Counted from the first letter of the stretch, positions 41,982 through 51,301 are shown. The stretch is DNA of 64,000 nucleotides from Gemmatimonadaceae bacterium (GCA_039918615.1 JBDSHG010000024.1:7795-71794); one strand, 5' to 3'. Made by a program: numbers and translations. The notes: generated by a model from the letters alone, not told the origin.

Positions 41982-44768
41982 CTACCTCCGCTTGACCAGG
42001 CTTCGCAGCACGTACTGCAGGATCCCGCCGTTGCGGTAGTACGTCGCCTCTTCCGGCGTGTCGATGCGCGAGCGCACCGCGAAGCGCGTCACGCTCCCAT
42101 CGGCCGCCGTCGCCTTCATTGTCAGCAGCGCGCGTGGCTTGGTCGAGTCATCGAAGCCTTCCAGATCATAGCTCTCGAAGCCCGTGAGCTTCAGCGACTG
42201 CCGCGAGGCATCGTCCGCGAACTCCAGCGGCACGATCCCCATCCCCACGAGATTGGAGCGATGGATCCGCTCGAACGACTCGGCGATCACCGCGCGTACG
42301 CCGAGCAGCAGCGTCCCCTTCGCCGCCCAGTCGCGCGACGAGCCAGTGCCGTACTCCTTCCCCGCGATGATGATCAGTTGCGTTCCGTGCTGCTGATATT
42401 CCATCGCCGCATCGTAGATCGTCACCGCCTTCGCGCCAGGCGCCGTCGCCGTCCATCCACCTTCGGTGCCCGGTGCGAGCTCGTTGCGCAGTCGGATGTT
42501 GCCGAAGGTGCCGCGCATCATCACCTCGTGGTGTCCGCGCCGCGCACCGTACGAGTTGAATTCCGACGTCGGCACGCCGTGCGCAATCAGCCACTTCCCG
42601 GCCGGGCTCGCGGCCGGAATCGAGCCCGCGGGCGAGATGTGGTCCGTCGTGATCGAGTCGCCGAGCATCGCGAGCACGCGCGCGCCGCGCACCTGCGCGA
42701 CCGGCTTGATCTCCGCCGTCATCCCCTCGAAGAACGGCGGGTTCGCCACGTACGTCGAATCCTTCGACCACGTGTAGCGGCTGCCGGTGGGGAAGGGGAG
42801 CGCCTGCCACTGCTCGTCGCCGTCGAACACGTTGCCGTACTGCTTGTGGAACATCGCGCTGTTGATCGACGAGAGCACGGTGTCCTCCACTTCCTTCGGC
42901 GACGGCCACACATCGCGCAGGAAAACCGGACCATTCGTGCCGACGCCGAGCGGCTCCGTCGCGAAGTCAATGTCCATCCGCCCCGCCAGCGCATACGCGA
43001 CCACCAGCGGCGGCGACGCGAGATAGTTGAAGCGCGTGTACGGATTCACACGCCCCTCGAAGTTGCGATTCCCCGACAGCACCGCGCACACGATCAGCTT
43101 CTCCGCCTCCACCGCATCGACGATCGGCTGCGGCAGCGGCCCGGAGTTGCCGATGCACGTCGTGCACCCGTATCCCGCGAGGTAGAAGCCGAGCGCCTCG
43201 AGCGACTTCATCACGCCGGCCTTCTCGTAGTAGTCGGTGACGACCTTCGACCCCGGCGCGAGACTCGTCTTCACCCACGGCTTCGACTTGAGCCCGAGGG
43301 CGACGGCTTTCTGCGCGAGCAGCCCGGCGCCGAGCATCACGCTCGGGTTCGATGTGTTCGTACAACTCGTGATCGCCGCGATCACGACCGCGCCGTGTCT
43401 GAGCGCGAACTCCTGCCCGTTGTACTTCACGCTCGCGCTTCCCGACTTCGCCATCACCTCGGCCGGATCCGTCGCGACCGCCGCCGGCGAGAGTTGCGTG
43501 CTCGCGCTCACCGCCATCGCCTTCTCCACCGCGATCGTTCCCGCCATCGTGCCGATGCGCTCCATCTCCGCGTACCACGCATCGTTGAACGACTTCTTCG
43601 ACGTCGACAGCGGCACGCGATCCTGCGGCCGCTTCGGCCCCGCGATGCTCGGCTCGACGGTCGACAGATCGAGCGACACACTGTCGGTGAACTCGGGATC
43701 CGGCGTCTCATCGGTTCTGAACATCCCTTGCGCCTTGCAGTACTCCTCGACCAGCCGCACCTGATGCTCATCGCGTCCGCTCAGTCGCAGATACTTGAGC
43801 GTCTCCGCATCGACGGGGAAGAAGCCGACCGTCGCACCATACTCCGGCGCCATGTTCGCGATCGTCGCGCGATCGGCGAGGGAGAGACTCGACAGCCCCG
43901 ATCCATAGAACTCGACGAACTTGCCGACGACCTTCTTCTTGCGCAGGATCTGCGTGACGGTGAGCACGAGATCGGTCGCCGTCGCTCCCGCAGGGAGCTT
44001 CCCGTGCAGACGGAAGCCCACCACCTCCGGAATCAGCATGGAGAGCGGCTGCCCGAGCATCGCGGCCTCCGCCTCGATCCCACCCACGCCCCAGCCGAGC
44101 ACGCCCAACCCATTGATCATGGTCGTATGCGAGTCGGTGCCGACGAGCGAGTCCGGATACGAGACGGCCGCGCCGTTCTTCTGCCCCGTGAAGACGACCT
44201 GTCCGAGATACTCGAGATTGATCTGGTGTACGATGCCGGTGTCGGGCGGCACGACGCGGAAGTTCTGGAACGCCGTCTGCCCCCAGCGCAGGAACGCGTA
44301 GCGCTCGCGGTTGCGATCGAACTCGAGCCCCGCATTGATGAGAAAGGCGGCGTCGGAGCCGTACTCATCGACCTGCACCGAGTGGTCGATCACGAGGTCG
44401 ACGGGCTGCAACGGGTTGATCAGCGCCGGATCGCCGCCAAGCGAAGCGATGGCATCGCGCATCGCGGCGAGGTCGACGACTGCGGGGACGCCGGTGAAGT
44501 CCTGCAGCAGCACGCGACTCGTGCGGAACGCGATCTCGCGCTCGACGCCGGCCTTCGTGTCCCACTTCGCGAGCATCTCGATGTCGGAGCGCTTCACGAA
44601 CGCATCGTCCTCGTTTCTGAGCAGATTCTCCAGCAGCACCTTGAGCGTCACCGGCAGCTTCGCCGCTCTCGATCCCGCGAGCGAGTTCAGCAAGTCGAGC
44701 CGGTAAATGGTGTACGCGCGGCCATCGACGGTGAGCGTCGCGCGACTGCCGAATGAATCGAGTGACAT
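41982..44768 (-). CDS. acnA: aconitate hydratase A
   Basis: ATG 44768 within ORF 41982..45035. MSLDSFGSRATLTVDGRAYTIYRL, VLLQDFTGVPAVVDLAAMR, GTDSHTTMINGLGVLGWGVGGIEAEA, ITSCTNTSNP, GCTTCIGNSG, SGNRNFEGR (Fe-S ligands). Confidence 0.95.
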   Translation of the reverse strand: MSLDSFGSRATLTVDGRAYTIYRLDLLNSLAGSRAAKLPVTLKVLLENLLRNEDDAFVKRSDIEMLAKWDTKAGVEREIAFRTSRVLLQDFTGVPAVVDLAAMRDAIASLGGDPALINPLQPVDLVIDHSVQVDEYGSDAAFLINAGLEFDRNRERYAFLRWGQTAFQNFRVVPPDTGIVHQINLEYLGQVVFTGQKNGAAVSYPDSLVGTDSHTTMINGLGVLGWGVGGIEAEAAMLGQPLSMLIPEVVGFRLHGKLPAGATATDLVLTVTQILRKKKVVGKFVEFYGSGLSSLSLADRATIANMAPEYGATVGFFPVDAETLKYLRLSGRDEHQVRLVEEYCKAQGMFRTDETPDPEFTDSVSLDLSTVEPSIAGPKRPQDRVPLSTSKKSFNDAWYAEMERIGTMAGTIAVEKAMAVSASTQLSPAAVATDPAEVMAKSGSASVKYNGQEFALRHGAVVIAAITSCTNTSNPSVMLGAGLLAQKAVALGLKSKPWVKTSLAPGSKVVTDYYEKAGVMKSLEALGFYLAGYGCTTCIGNSGPLPQPIVDAVEAEKLIVCAVLSGNRNFEGRVNPYTRFNYLASPPLVVAYALAGRMDIDFATEPLGVGTNGPVFLRDVWPSPKEVEDTVLSSINSAMFHKQYGNVFDGDEQWQALPFPTGSRYTWSKDSTYVANPPFFEGMTAEIKPVAQVRGARVLAMLGDSITTDHISPAGSIPAASPAGKWLIAHGVPTSEFNSYGARRGHHEVMMRGTFGNIRLRNELAPGTEGGWTATAPGAKAVTIYDAAMEYQQHGTQLIIIAGKEYGTGSSRDWAAKGTLLLGVRAVIAESFERIHRSNLVGMGIVPLEFADDASRQSLKLTGFESYDLEGFDDSTKPRALLTMKATAADGSVTRFAVRSRIDTPEEATYYRNGGILQYVLRSLVKRR

Positions 44769-44847
44769 GCGTGCCTGAGGTGTCTGGGAGAGAAGAAATC
44801 TAGCACGCCACGCCCTACATTGTGAGCGACTCGGAGGCGTACAGAAG

Positions 44848-45867
44848 ATGACAAGTGATGTCCTGCGGCTCACGGCCGAGCTGATGGCGATCGACTCGAC
44901 GAGTGGCCAGGAAGGCGAGCTGATGGCGCACGTCGCCCTCATGCTCGAGAGCCGCGGCTGGCGGGTGAAGAAAATCCCGGTCACCCCCGGCCGCATCGAC
45001 GTGTTCGCGACGTGCGTCAACGAGCCGCTCGTCACGCTCTCGACACATCTCGATACGGTGCCGCCCTACATCCCGCCGCGCGTCGATGGTGATACGCTGT
45101 GGGGCCGCGGCGCCTGCGACGCGAAGGGGATCGCCGCCTCCATGATTCTCGCGGCCGAGCAGCTGCGCGAACGCGAGGCGCCGGTCGCGCTCCTCTTCGT
45201 TGTGGGCGAGGAGGTGACGCACGACGGCGCCCACGCCGCGAATGCGACCTTCACCACGAGCCGGGCGATCATCGATGGCGAGCCCACCGAGGGCAAGCTC
45301 GCCCTGGGCACCAAAGGCGCCGTGCGGGCCACCATACGGACCGCCGGCGTCGCCGCTCACTCAGCCTACCCCCACCTCGGCGACTCTGCCATCACGAAGC
45401 TGATCGCGCTGCTCGCCGAGCTTCCGCATCTCGATCTTCCGCACGACGAGCTGCTCGGCGCCACGACGATCAATGTCGGGCAGATCTCCGGCGGCGTCGC
45501 CGACAACGTCATCGCGCCCGCAGCCGAGGCGCGTATCATGGTGCGGCTCGTCACCGACGTCGAAGATGTCTGGGCGCTTCTCGAAAACTGGATCGCAGGA
45601 CGCGCGACGATCGAGCGCGGCTCGCTCGTGCCAGCGATCCGCCTTGGATCGGTCCCCGGCTTCGAGACGATGGTCGCGGCCTTCGCAACCGATATCCCCG
45701 CGCTCACGCGCTGGGGAAGGCCGTATTTGTACGGACCGGGATCGATCCACGTGGCGCACACGAAGAATGAGCACATCACGCGGAGGGAGCTCGAGACGGC
45801 GGTGGAGGGCTACGTCGAGCTTGCCATCGCGGCCCTTGCCACCGCCGACACGACTAGCGTCGGGTAG
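44848..45867 (+). CDS. M20-family metallopeptidase (ArgE/DapE-like deacylase)
   Basis: LMAIDSTSGQEGE, LSTHLDTVPP, GRGACDAKG, VVGEEVTHDG, and AHSAYPHLG in the dimerisation-domain region. Confidence 0.85.
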   Translation: MTSDVLRLTAELMAIDSTSGQEGELMAHVALMLESRGWRVKKIPVTPGRIDVFATCVNEPLVTLSTHLDTVPPYIPPRVDGDTLWGRGACDAKGIAASMILAAEQLREREAPVALLFVVGEEVTHDGAHAANATFTTSRAIIDGEPTEGKLALGTKGAVRATIRTAGVAAHSAYPHLGDSAITKLIALLAELPHLDLPHDELLGATTINVGQISGGVADNVIAPAAEARIMVRLVTDVEDVWALLENWIAGRATIERGSLVPAIRLGSVPGFETMVAAFATDIPALTRWGRPYLYGPGSIHVAHTKNEHITRRELETAVEGYVELAIAALATADTTSVG

Positions 45868-45913
45868 TCCCGGCGCGCTGGCTCAGCGGTTATTTCCGCT
45901 GCATCTTCTGTTG

Positions 45914-46768
45914 GTGAAGACTGAACTCTCCCTGATCGCTCCTCGGCGTGCCATGCTCGCCTCGCGTATCGCTCGCCGCTACTACCGCGCCTATGGGAGG
46001 CTCCCGCGCCTCTTCCCGCCGCGCTCGTACAGCGAGAAGATCCAGCATCGCAAGCTCTTCGATCGCCGTCCGTATCTCACCGAAACCGCTGACAAGTTCG
46101 CAGTGCGCGCCTACGCGGAGCGCATTCTCGGTGAAGACCTCGCGCCTCGCATCCACTATCGCACCACCGATCCGTCGTCGATCCCGTTCGACGACCTGCC
46201 GAAGCGCTTCGTCGTGAAGGCGACGCATGGCAGCGGTTGGCAACGCATCGTCTCCGATCGCGATGCGCTCGACCGCGATGCGCTCATCGCAACGTGCGCG
46301 CAGTGGCTCATCAGCGACTATTCGTGGCACTACGAAGAGCCATTCTACTCGAATATTCCGCCGCAGATCATCGTCGAGGAATTTCTCGACGACGGGACTG
46401 GGCGGTCAGCATCGGACATCAAACTTCTCGTCTTCAACCAGCGCGTGCGGGTCGTGCAGATTGATGCCGGCCGCTACGACGATCACCGGCGTGCCTTCTT
46501 CGATACCGACTGGAATCGGCTCCCGATCTACGACAAGATCATCCCGCTGGAGGGCAGGATCGATCCGCCCACCCGCCTCGGCGATCTCATTCGCAGCGCG
46601 GAGGCGCTGGGGCGCGACACCGATTTCGTTCGTGTCGACTGCTATCAGGTAGGCGAGCGCATCTACCTGGGCGAGATGACTCACACGCCGGGATCGGGGT
46701 TGAGCTTGCTCTATCCCCTCAGTTGGGACGATCGCTGGGGCGAAATGTGGGAGATGACGTCCAGCTAA
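45914..46768 (+). CDS. ATP-grasp fold amidoligase (TupA-like)
   Basis: GTG 45914 (TTG 45911) in ORF 45473..46768. PRSYSEKIQHRKLFDRRPYLTETADKFAVRAY, FVVKATHGSGW, DIKLLVFNQRV, VRVDCYQVGERIYLGEMTHTPGSG. Confidence 0.75.
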   Translation: MKTELSLIAPRRAMLASRIARRYYRAYGRLPRLFPPRSYSEKIQHRKLFDRRPYLTETADKFAVRAYAERILGEDLAPRIHYRTTDPSSIPFDDLPKRFVVKATHGSGWQRIVSDRDALDRDALIATCAQWLISDYSWHYEEPFYSNIPPQIIVEEFLDDGTGRSASDIKLLVFNQRVRVVQIDAGRYDDHRRAFFDTDWNRLPIYDKIIPLEGRIDPPTRLGDLIRSAEALGRDTDFVRVDCYQVGERIYLGEMTHTPGSGLSLLYPLSWDDRWGEMWEMTSS

Positions 46769-46912
46769 CGGTCAGGCGTTACCTCTCTCGGACCGATGGC
46801 GATGGTGGTCGCCGACATGGTCCCGGATGATGCAGGCATCTGGCTCTTTCACTGCCACGTCTCCTTTCACAACGAAGCCGGAATGGCGGTGCGTTACCGG
46901 GTGCTGCCGTGA
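46769..46912 (+). pseudogene. C-terminal stub of a multicopper oxidase
   Basis: The frame immediately after the upstream TAA reads RSGVTSLGPMAMVVADMVPDDAGIWLFHCHVSFHNEAGMAVRYRVLP*. It carries the HCHxxxHxxxGM type-1/type-3 copper motif with no upstream body. Confidence 0.6.
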
Positions 46913-47082
46913 TGCCGAGGTGCTGGCAAATCATCACGGCTGCTCCGCCTCATTTCGCCTCCGCGAAAATTTGGTTGCAGATGTCGCCGAGTGCATTCGC
47001 TCTCGCAGTACCGGTCAGAGCGGCACAGGGTTCGAGCCGCTGGATGCATCGAAGTCGCACCCCATGTTCCCCTTGCTCGCAG

Positions 47083-47481
47083 TCACGGTGGGGCGATCGA
47101 TGTGAGCGCGCTGTCGCCTAGGCCGGGAAGAGGCTCGGGGCTCGAGAGGTAGTCCCGAAAGGCGTGAAAGCTTCCCGGGGTTATTCCCTTCAATGTGATG
47201 GTGATATCGCCACCGCTTGCCACGTTCCTGACGGTGCACGACTGCGCGCTGAGTCTCTTTCGCTCGTCGACGTCGGTGCCGAAGATTTTCTTGACGACAT
47301 CGGTCGTCAGATATTTGTCGCAGGCCGCGGCACCGCCATTTTCAAATGATGCGTGACGGGCCGGCTGGGATGCCGCTGGAGCGGCGGACTCGCCCGCAGC
47401 CTGAGAGTCGGCGGACTTCGAACACGCGAGCGCGGCGCCGAGCGTTAATAGTGCTAGCAGGGACTGAGTCGACCGAATCAT
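47083..47481 (-). CDS. hypothetical lipoprotein
   Basis: MIRSTQSLLALLTLGAALACSKS (signal peptide plus lipobox-like). No other motif. Confidence 0.5.
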   Translation of the reverse strand: MIRSTQSLLALLTLGAALACSKSADSQAAGESAAPAASQPARHASFENGGAAACDKYLTTDVVKKIFGTDVDERKRLSAQSCTVRNVASGGDITITLKGITPGSFHAFRDYLSSPEPLPGLGDSALTSIAPP

Positions 47482-47566
47482 CTTCCTCTCCAGACCAAAA
47501 GGTTGGAGAGAAGATCGGCCGCAGCGGTTATCCGCCCGTTACGGCGCAGTCACGCGGGTCGACGAT

Positions 47567-48676
47567 CTACCGGTCGACCGTCGCCTGCTCCGCTGGCCGC
47601 GTCGTCTGGCTGCGAGTGGCGATCGATTCGACCGTGATCGCCTCGGTCGGACAGTGCCCGACGAACTCGCCGTCGGCGGGCGACCATTCATGCTCCGGAA
47701 TAGCCGCGAACGCCTTGTGCTCGGAATCCATCTTCATGATCCGCGGCGCGAGCGCCGTGCACACGCCGCAGCCGATGCACTTCTCGCGATTCACCGACAC
47801 CCGGATGCGTCGCCGCGGGTAGATCAGATTCCGCACGAGCGGCCCGTCCTCCAACTCGTCCAGCGCCGAAATCGTCCCGTCATACCCCGCCTGGATCATC
47901 TCCTCGGCGTGCGAGAAGCCGAACCAGTCGCGATGCCCGACGCGCGGACGGATCAGCAGCATCGGAGGCCCCATCCACGTGGCGAGGGGGTTGAGTTGCA
48001 ACGCGTGCATCATCACGGAGGCCGCGCGCATGTAGATCGCGGCGAAGCCACGGCTCGAGACGTCCTGAGCGCGTCCGAGATCCGTGTTGCCGACGTCGAC
48101 CGCGATCACCGCGTCGACGCCGAGCGATGCGATGGCGGTTGGGAGATTGTCGATGGTGCCGCCATCGACGCAGACGCGGCCGCCGACGACCGCCGGCGGG
48201 AAGAAACCGGGGAGCGCGCACGATGCGTACACTGCGTCACGAATCGACACGTCGTTGAGCCCCGGCAACCCCCAGACGACGATCGTCCCGCGCTCGAGAT
48301 CAACGGTGTTGACGAGCAACCTGCTCCCGAGCTCGCGGAAGCTGTGGTGCGGAACGACGGAGTCGACGAGATCGCGCAGCGGCTGCTCGAGGTAGAGCGA
48401 CGGCGCGCGCGAGCGGTCCATGAGCATCCCGACGCGATTCAGCCGGAAGAGATCGCGCTTCGATACGGAGATCGCGCGACGCCCCATCTCGTCGAGCGGA
48501 ATGCCGCCGATGCGCGCGGCCGCGATCAGGGCGCCGATGCTCGTCCCCGCGTAGCGCACCGGCACTATCCTGCGCTCCTCGAGCGCGCGCATGACGCCGA
48601 TGTGCGCAAAACCCTTCAGCCCTCCACCACCGAGGACCAGGGCCGTTCGATGCGGAGCGAGCCACGACACCGTCAC
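47567..48676 (-). CDS. patatin-like phospholipase fused to a C-terminal 4Fe-4S ferredoxin-type domain
   Basis: LVLGGGGLKGFAHIGV (oxyanion loop), YAGTSIGALIA (GxSxG), CVDGGTIDNLP (Asp of dyad). C-terminus (about 47567-47790): VNREKCIGCGVCTALAP...GHCPTEAITV (CxxCxxC...CP). Confidence 0.8.
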   Translation of the reverse strand: MTVSWLAPHRTALVLGGGGLKGFAHIGVMRALEERRIVPVRYAGTSIGALIAAARIGGIPLDEMGRRAISVSKRDLFRLNRVGMLMDRSRAPSLYLEQPLRDLVDSVVPHHSFRELGSRLLVNTVDLERGTIVVWGLPGLNDVSIRDAVYASCALPGFFPPAVVGGRVCVDGGTIDNLPTAIASLGVDAVIAVDVGNTDLGRAQDVSSRGFAAIYMRAASVMMHALQLNPLATWMGPPMLLIRPRVGHRDWFGFSHAEEMIQAGYDGTISALDELEDGPLVRNLIYPRRRIRVSVNREKCIGCGVCTALAPRIMKMDSEHKAFAAIPEHEWSPADGEFVGHCPTEAITVESIATRSQTTRPAEQATVDR

Positions 48677-48776
48677 ACGCTTCCTCCTGTTCCCGAAAGC
48701 TCAGCCCACGTGCCTCGAGAGGCGCGTGGGCTGAGCTGAGTATCGTCGGAGCGAGTCGGCCGGTGCCGCCGGACGG

Positions 48777-49367
48777 TCAGTTCGTGTTCAGCTTGTAGCC
48801 GAGTCCGATGCGGCTCCCCTGCTCCATACCTGTAGGACGACCGAGGTAGACGTATAGTCCATACAGGCCGACAAGTGCGCCGCCGACGGCGATGACCGTA
48901 CCGGCGTTGTCGCCGATGATGAGTCCCGTGATGAGCGCCGCACCGCCGAAGATCATGAGGCCAACGCCACTGCCGCGCGATGGCCGGCGCATGGCATTCG
49001 CGCTCTCGGAGGCGTGGCTCTTGACGCGCGGGGACAGTGCGGAGGCATCCATGCTCGGACCCGTCGGCGCTGCGTCTTGGGCGGCGACCGGCGGATCCTG
49101 CGCGATCGTCGGTGTTGCGTCCGCCACGATCAGTTGCGCGTCGAGCGGAGCGATCATAGGCGCCTCCTCGGCGACTACCGGTGCATCGGCGGCGACGGCG
49201 GGGGCATCCTGCGCGACGACTGGCGCGTCCTGCGCGACGACTGGCGCGTCCTGCGCGACCGCTGGCTGGTCGAGCGTGGCCAGCTGTTGCTCCTCCTGAG
49301 CCTGAACGCGCGTGCCGGCCAGTGAAAGTGCAACCAGTGCCACTACTGCGAATGTGAGCTTGGCCAT
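48777..49367 (-). CDS. secreted repeat protein with C-terminal glycine-zipper membrane segment
   Basis: ATG 49367 in ORF 48777..49568. Signal peptide MAKLTFAVVALVALSLAGTRVQAQ. Heptad-like repeats VAQDAPV/VAADAPV. C-terminal GVGLMIFGGAALITGLIIGDNAGTVIAVGGALVGLYGLYVYLG. Confidence 0.6.
   Translation of the reverse strand: MAKLTFAVVALVALSLAGTRVQAQEEQQLATLDQPAVAQDAPVVAQDAPVVAQDAPAVAADAPVVAEEAPMIAPLDAQLIVADATPTIAQDPPVAAQDAAPTGPSMDASALSPRVKSHASESANAMRRPSRGSGVGLMIFGGAALITGLIIGDNAGTVIAVGGALVGLYGLYVYLGRPTGMEQGSRIGLGYKLNTN
49188..49271. repeat. 21-bp coding tandem repeat
   Basis: CTGCGCGACGACTGGCGCGTC occurs identically at 49209-49229 and 49230-49250, with degenerate copies on both sides. Encodes the (V)AQDAPV repeats on the minus strand. 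Confidence 0.8.
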
Positions 49368-49524
49368 ATGATCCTTGAATAGGAGGTGCGTGTGAGAACT
49401 TCCGCATCCATGGAGGATGCAAGGAAGGGGCCCGGTGTGTACGGTAGCGGACGGCGTTCTCTTGAGTGCGGCTCCGATACGCGGTATCTTCACCCAGCAG
49501 CGCCCACCCCAAATCCGACGGTTG

Positions 49525-49752
49525 ATGCCCACTCCTCCGAAAAAGCTCAGAAAGCAGTACGAGAACAAGGATTATCCCAACGTCGTTCTTCGCTTCGAGG
49601 ATGGTCATCAGATCGAGGTCATCAAGGGCGCAACCAAGACCTTCGATTGCTATGCGGGCGAAACAATCAAGGTCCTTGCGATGTACGACAAGACGTCGAA
49701 GGAGCGCGAGCTCGTCAAGACCTCGAAGGCGGACGAATTTCCGGACGCGTGA
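49525..49752 (+). CDS. small hypothetical protein
   Basis: ATG 49525 in ORF 49417..49752. MPTPPKKLRKQYENKDYPNVVLRFEDGHQIEVIKGATKTFDCYAGETIKVLAMYDK. Lys-rich, with lower GC than the surroundings. Confidence 0.4.
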   Translation: MPTPPKKLRKQYENKDYPNVVLRFEDGHQIEVIKGATKTFDCYAGETIKVLAMYDKTSKERELVKTSKADEFPDA

Positions 49753-49833
49753 TGGCGTGCGAGCCACCTGGCTCGCGGCACTAATCCTGCCTCTCCCGGT
49801 GGTTACCACAGTCCGTTTGACCGGAGGATCGTC

Positions 49834-50289
49834 GTGCGTCTGAGCCACCTTTCGCTGCTCACCTGCGCCCTCGCGGCGCTGGCGATTCCGGCCGTCGCGA
49901 GCGCGCAGTTCACCGCCGCGATCATGCCTCCGCGCGTGAAGGCGAAAGTCGACACCGTCATGAGGCAGGATTCAGTGCGTCGCGCGACGGTAGCGCTCGC
50001 GACGCGCGTCACCGACATGAGGAAGTGGGTCGACTCTGCGGCTGGCGTCTCCATTCCGGCCGCCGACAGCGCGTCGCTCGAGAAGGCGAGGAAGCCCGAT
50101 TCCGCGAAGACTGCGGTGATGAAGGATTCGGTCATCCTCAATCGCAACGCGCGCATCCGTGCGGACTCTGCGGCATCCATCGGTACCGTCGAAGTGCACG
50201 ACAGCACGGGGCTCAAGGGCGATGCGCCCGCGCCCGCGCCGCCCGCGAAGAAATCGCCGGCAGGGGCGATGCACTTTCGTCGAGACTAG
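49834..50289 (+). CDS. hypothetical secreted protein
   Basis: GTG start. Signal peptide MRLSHLSLLTCALAALAIPAVASAQ. Low-complexity Ala/Ser/Lys-rich body. Ends 1 nt before the sortase start. Confidence 0.5.
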   Translation: MRLSHLSLLTCALAALAIPAVASAQFTAAIMPPRVKAKVDTVMRQDSVRRATVALATRVTDMRKWVDSAAGVSIPAADSASLEKARKPDSAKTAVMKDSVILNRNARIRADSAASIGTVEVHDSTGLKGDAPAPAPPAKKSPAGAMHFRRD

Positions 50290-50290
50290 C

Positions 50291-50881
50291 GTGCGGCGCA
50301 CGCTCGGCGCCGTGCTCGTGGCGGCCGGCGCGGCGGTGTTGCTCTACGTCGGCTATCGATACGCGAGCGGTGCGATCGAGCGCGACGGCGCGCGGGCGGC
50401 GTGGGCGGAGCTCGAGGCGCACCGCGCTGGTGCATCTGCGTCGCTGACGTCGGCGCCTGCACACACGACGTACGTCACGGGCGAGCTGGTCGGTCGCCTG
50501 ATGATTCCTGCGGTGAAGCTCGACGAGGTGATTGCAGAGGGCGTAGGCGACGAGGAGCTCGATGCGGGACCGGGGCACTTTCCCGGCACCGCGTCGCCCG
50601 GCGAGGGGGGGAATGCGGTCATCTCCGCGCATCGCGACAGGCACTTCCACTCGCTGGGCCGCGTCGTTATCGGCGACACGGTGATCACGGAAACCCGGAC
50701 GGCGCGCACCGCATGGGTGATCACGGACCGGAAGATCGTCGGGCGATACGAGCCATCGCTCTTCCCCTCAACGACGCCGGAGCTCACGCTCACGACGTGC
50801 TGGCCCATTCGCTACGTCGGCCCCGCGCCGGACCGGCTGATCCTCACCGCGAAGCCGGTCGTCGCGCCGCCACGCGCCTGA
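50291..50881 (+). CDS. sortase-family transpeptidase (class E/other)
   Basis: GTG 50291 in ORF 50159..50881. N-terminal TM LGAVLVAAGAAVLLYVGY. GPGHFPGTASPGEGGNAVISAHRD (His), ELTLTTCWP (TLxTC Cys), downstream Arg. Confidence 0.8.
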   Translation: MRRTLGAVLVAAGAAVLLYVGYRYASGAIERDGARAAWAELEAHRAGASASLTSAPAHTTYVTGELVGRLMIPAVKLDEVIAEGVGDEELDAGPGHFPGTASPGEGGNAVISAHRDRHFHSLGRVVIGDTVITETRTARTAWVITDRKIVGRYEPSLFPSTTPELTLTTCWPIRYVGPAPDRLILTAKPVVAPPRA

Positions 50882-50893
50882 GCCACTACAACT

Positions 50894-50915
50894 AACGGCA
50901 GTCGCAGTCGCCGTT
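50894..50915 (+). terminator. hairpin (copy 3 of the recurring intergenic element) after the sortase gene
   Basis: AACGGC-10 nt-GCCGTT, preceded by CAACT and followed by TATTGTCCGTG. Confidence 0.3.
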
Positions 50916-51301
50916 TATTGTCCGTGCCATGAGAACTGCTACCGCGCGGTCGCCGCTGCCGGACTATTGCCCGATCCGGCCACGCCATAGTGATGCCACA
51001 CGAAGAAGAGCGAGAGGCAGAGCAGCGCGACGACCAGAATCCCGATGGTGATTCCGCGTCTCTCGCTGTCGGTTCGTGCGTCTGTGGCCAGTTCTTCGCT
51101 CAACGTGCGCTCCGGTAAGGGTGCCCCAGCAGGGATGGCTGAAAGGAAGGCAAAAGGCTCGCCACGGCGGCACCACCGTACACCGCGCCGTCACGCGCGC
51201 CAAGGGGTGACCGCGTGTGGGGCGCGCACTAACTTTCTCCCCGGAAGCAGCAGAACCGTCGCTCCCGCGCGCAACTTCTCCTCCCCCGAACCGCCTCTCC
51301 C

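Noticed and set aside
49188-49271. Possible CRISPR-like or non-coding tandem repeat.
   Set aside because: The units are contiguous with no spacers, have a period of 21 bp (7 codons), and lie in frame inside a secreted-protein gene. No CRISPR array exists anywhere in the window.
50964-51203. 79-aa track ORF after the sortase gene.
   Set aside because: The composition is junk-like. A different minus-strand frame encodes a 54-aa TM peptide (LSEELATDARTDSERRGITIGILVVALLCLSLFFVWHHYGVAGSGNSPAAATAR*) with only a TTG start. That is too short and unsupported to annotate.
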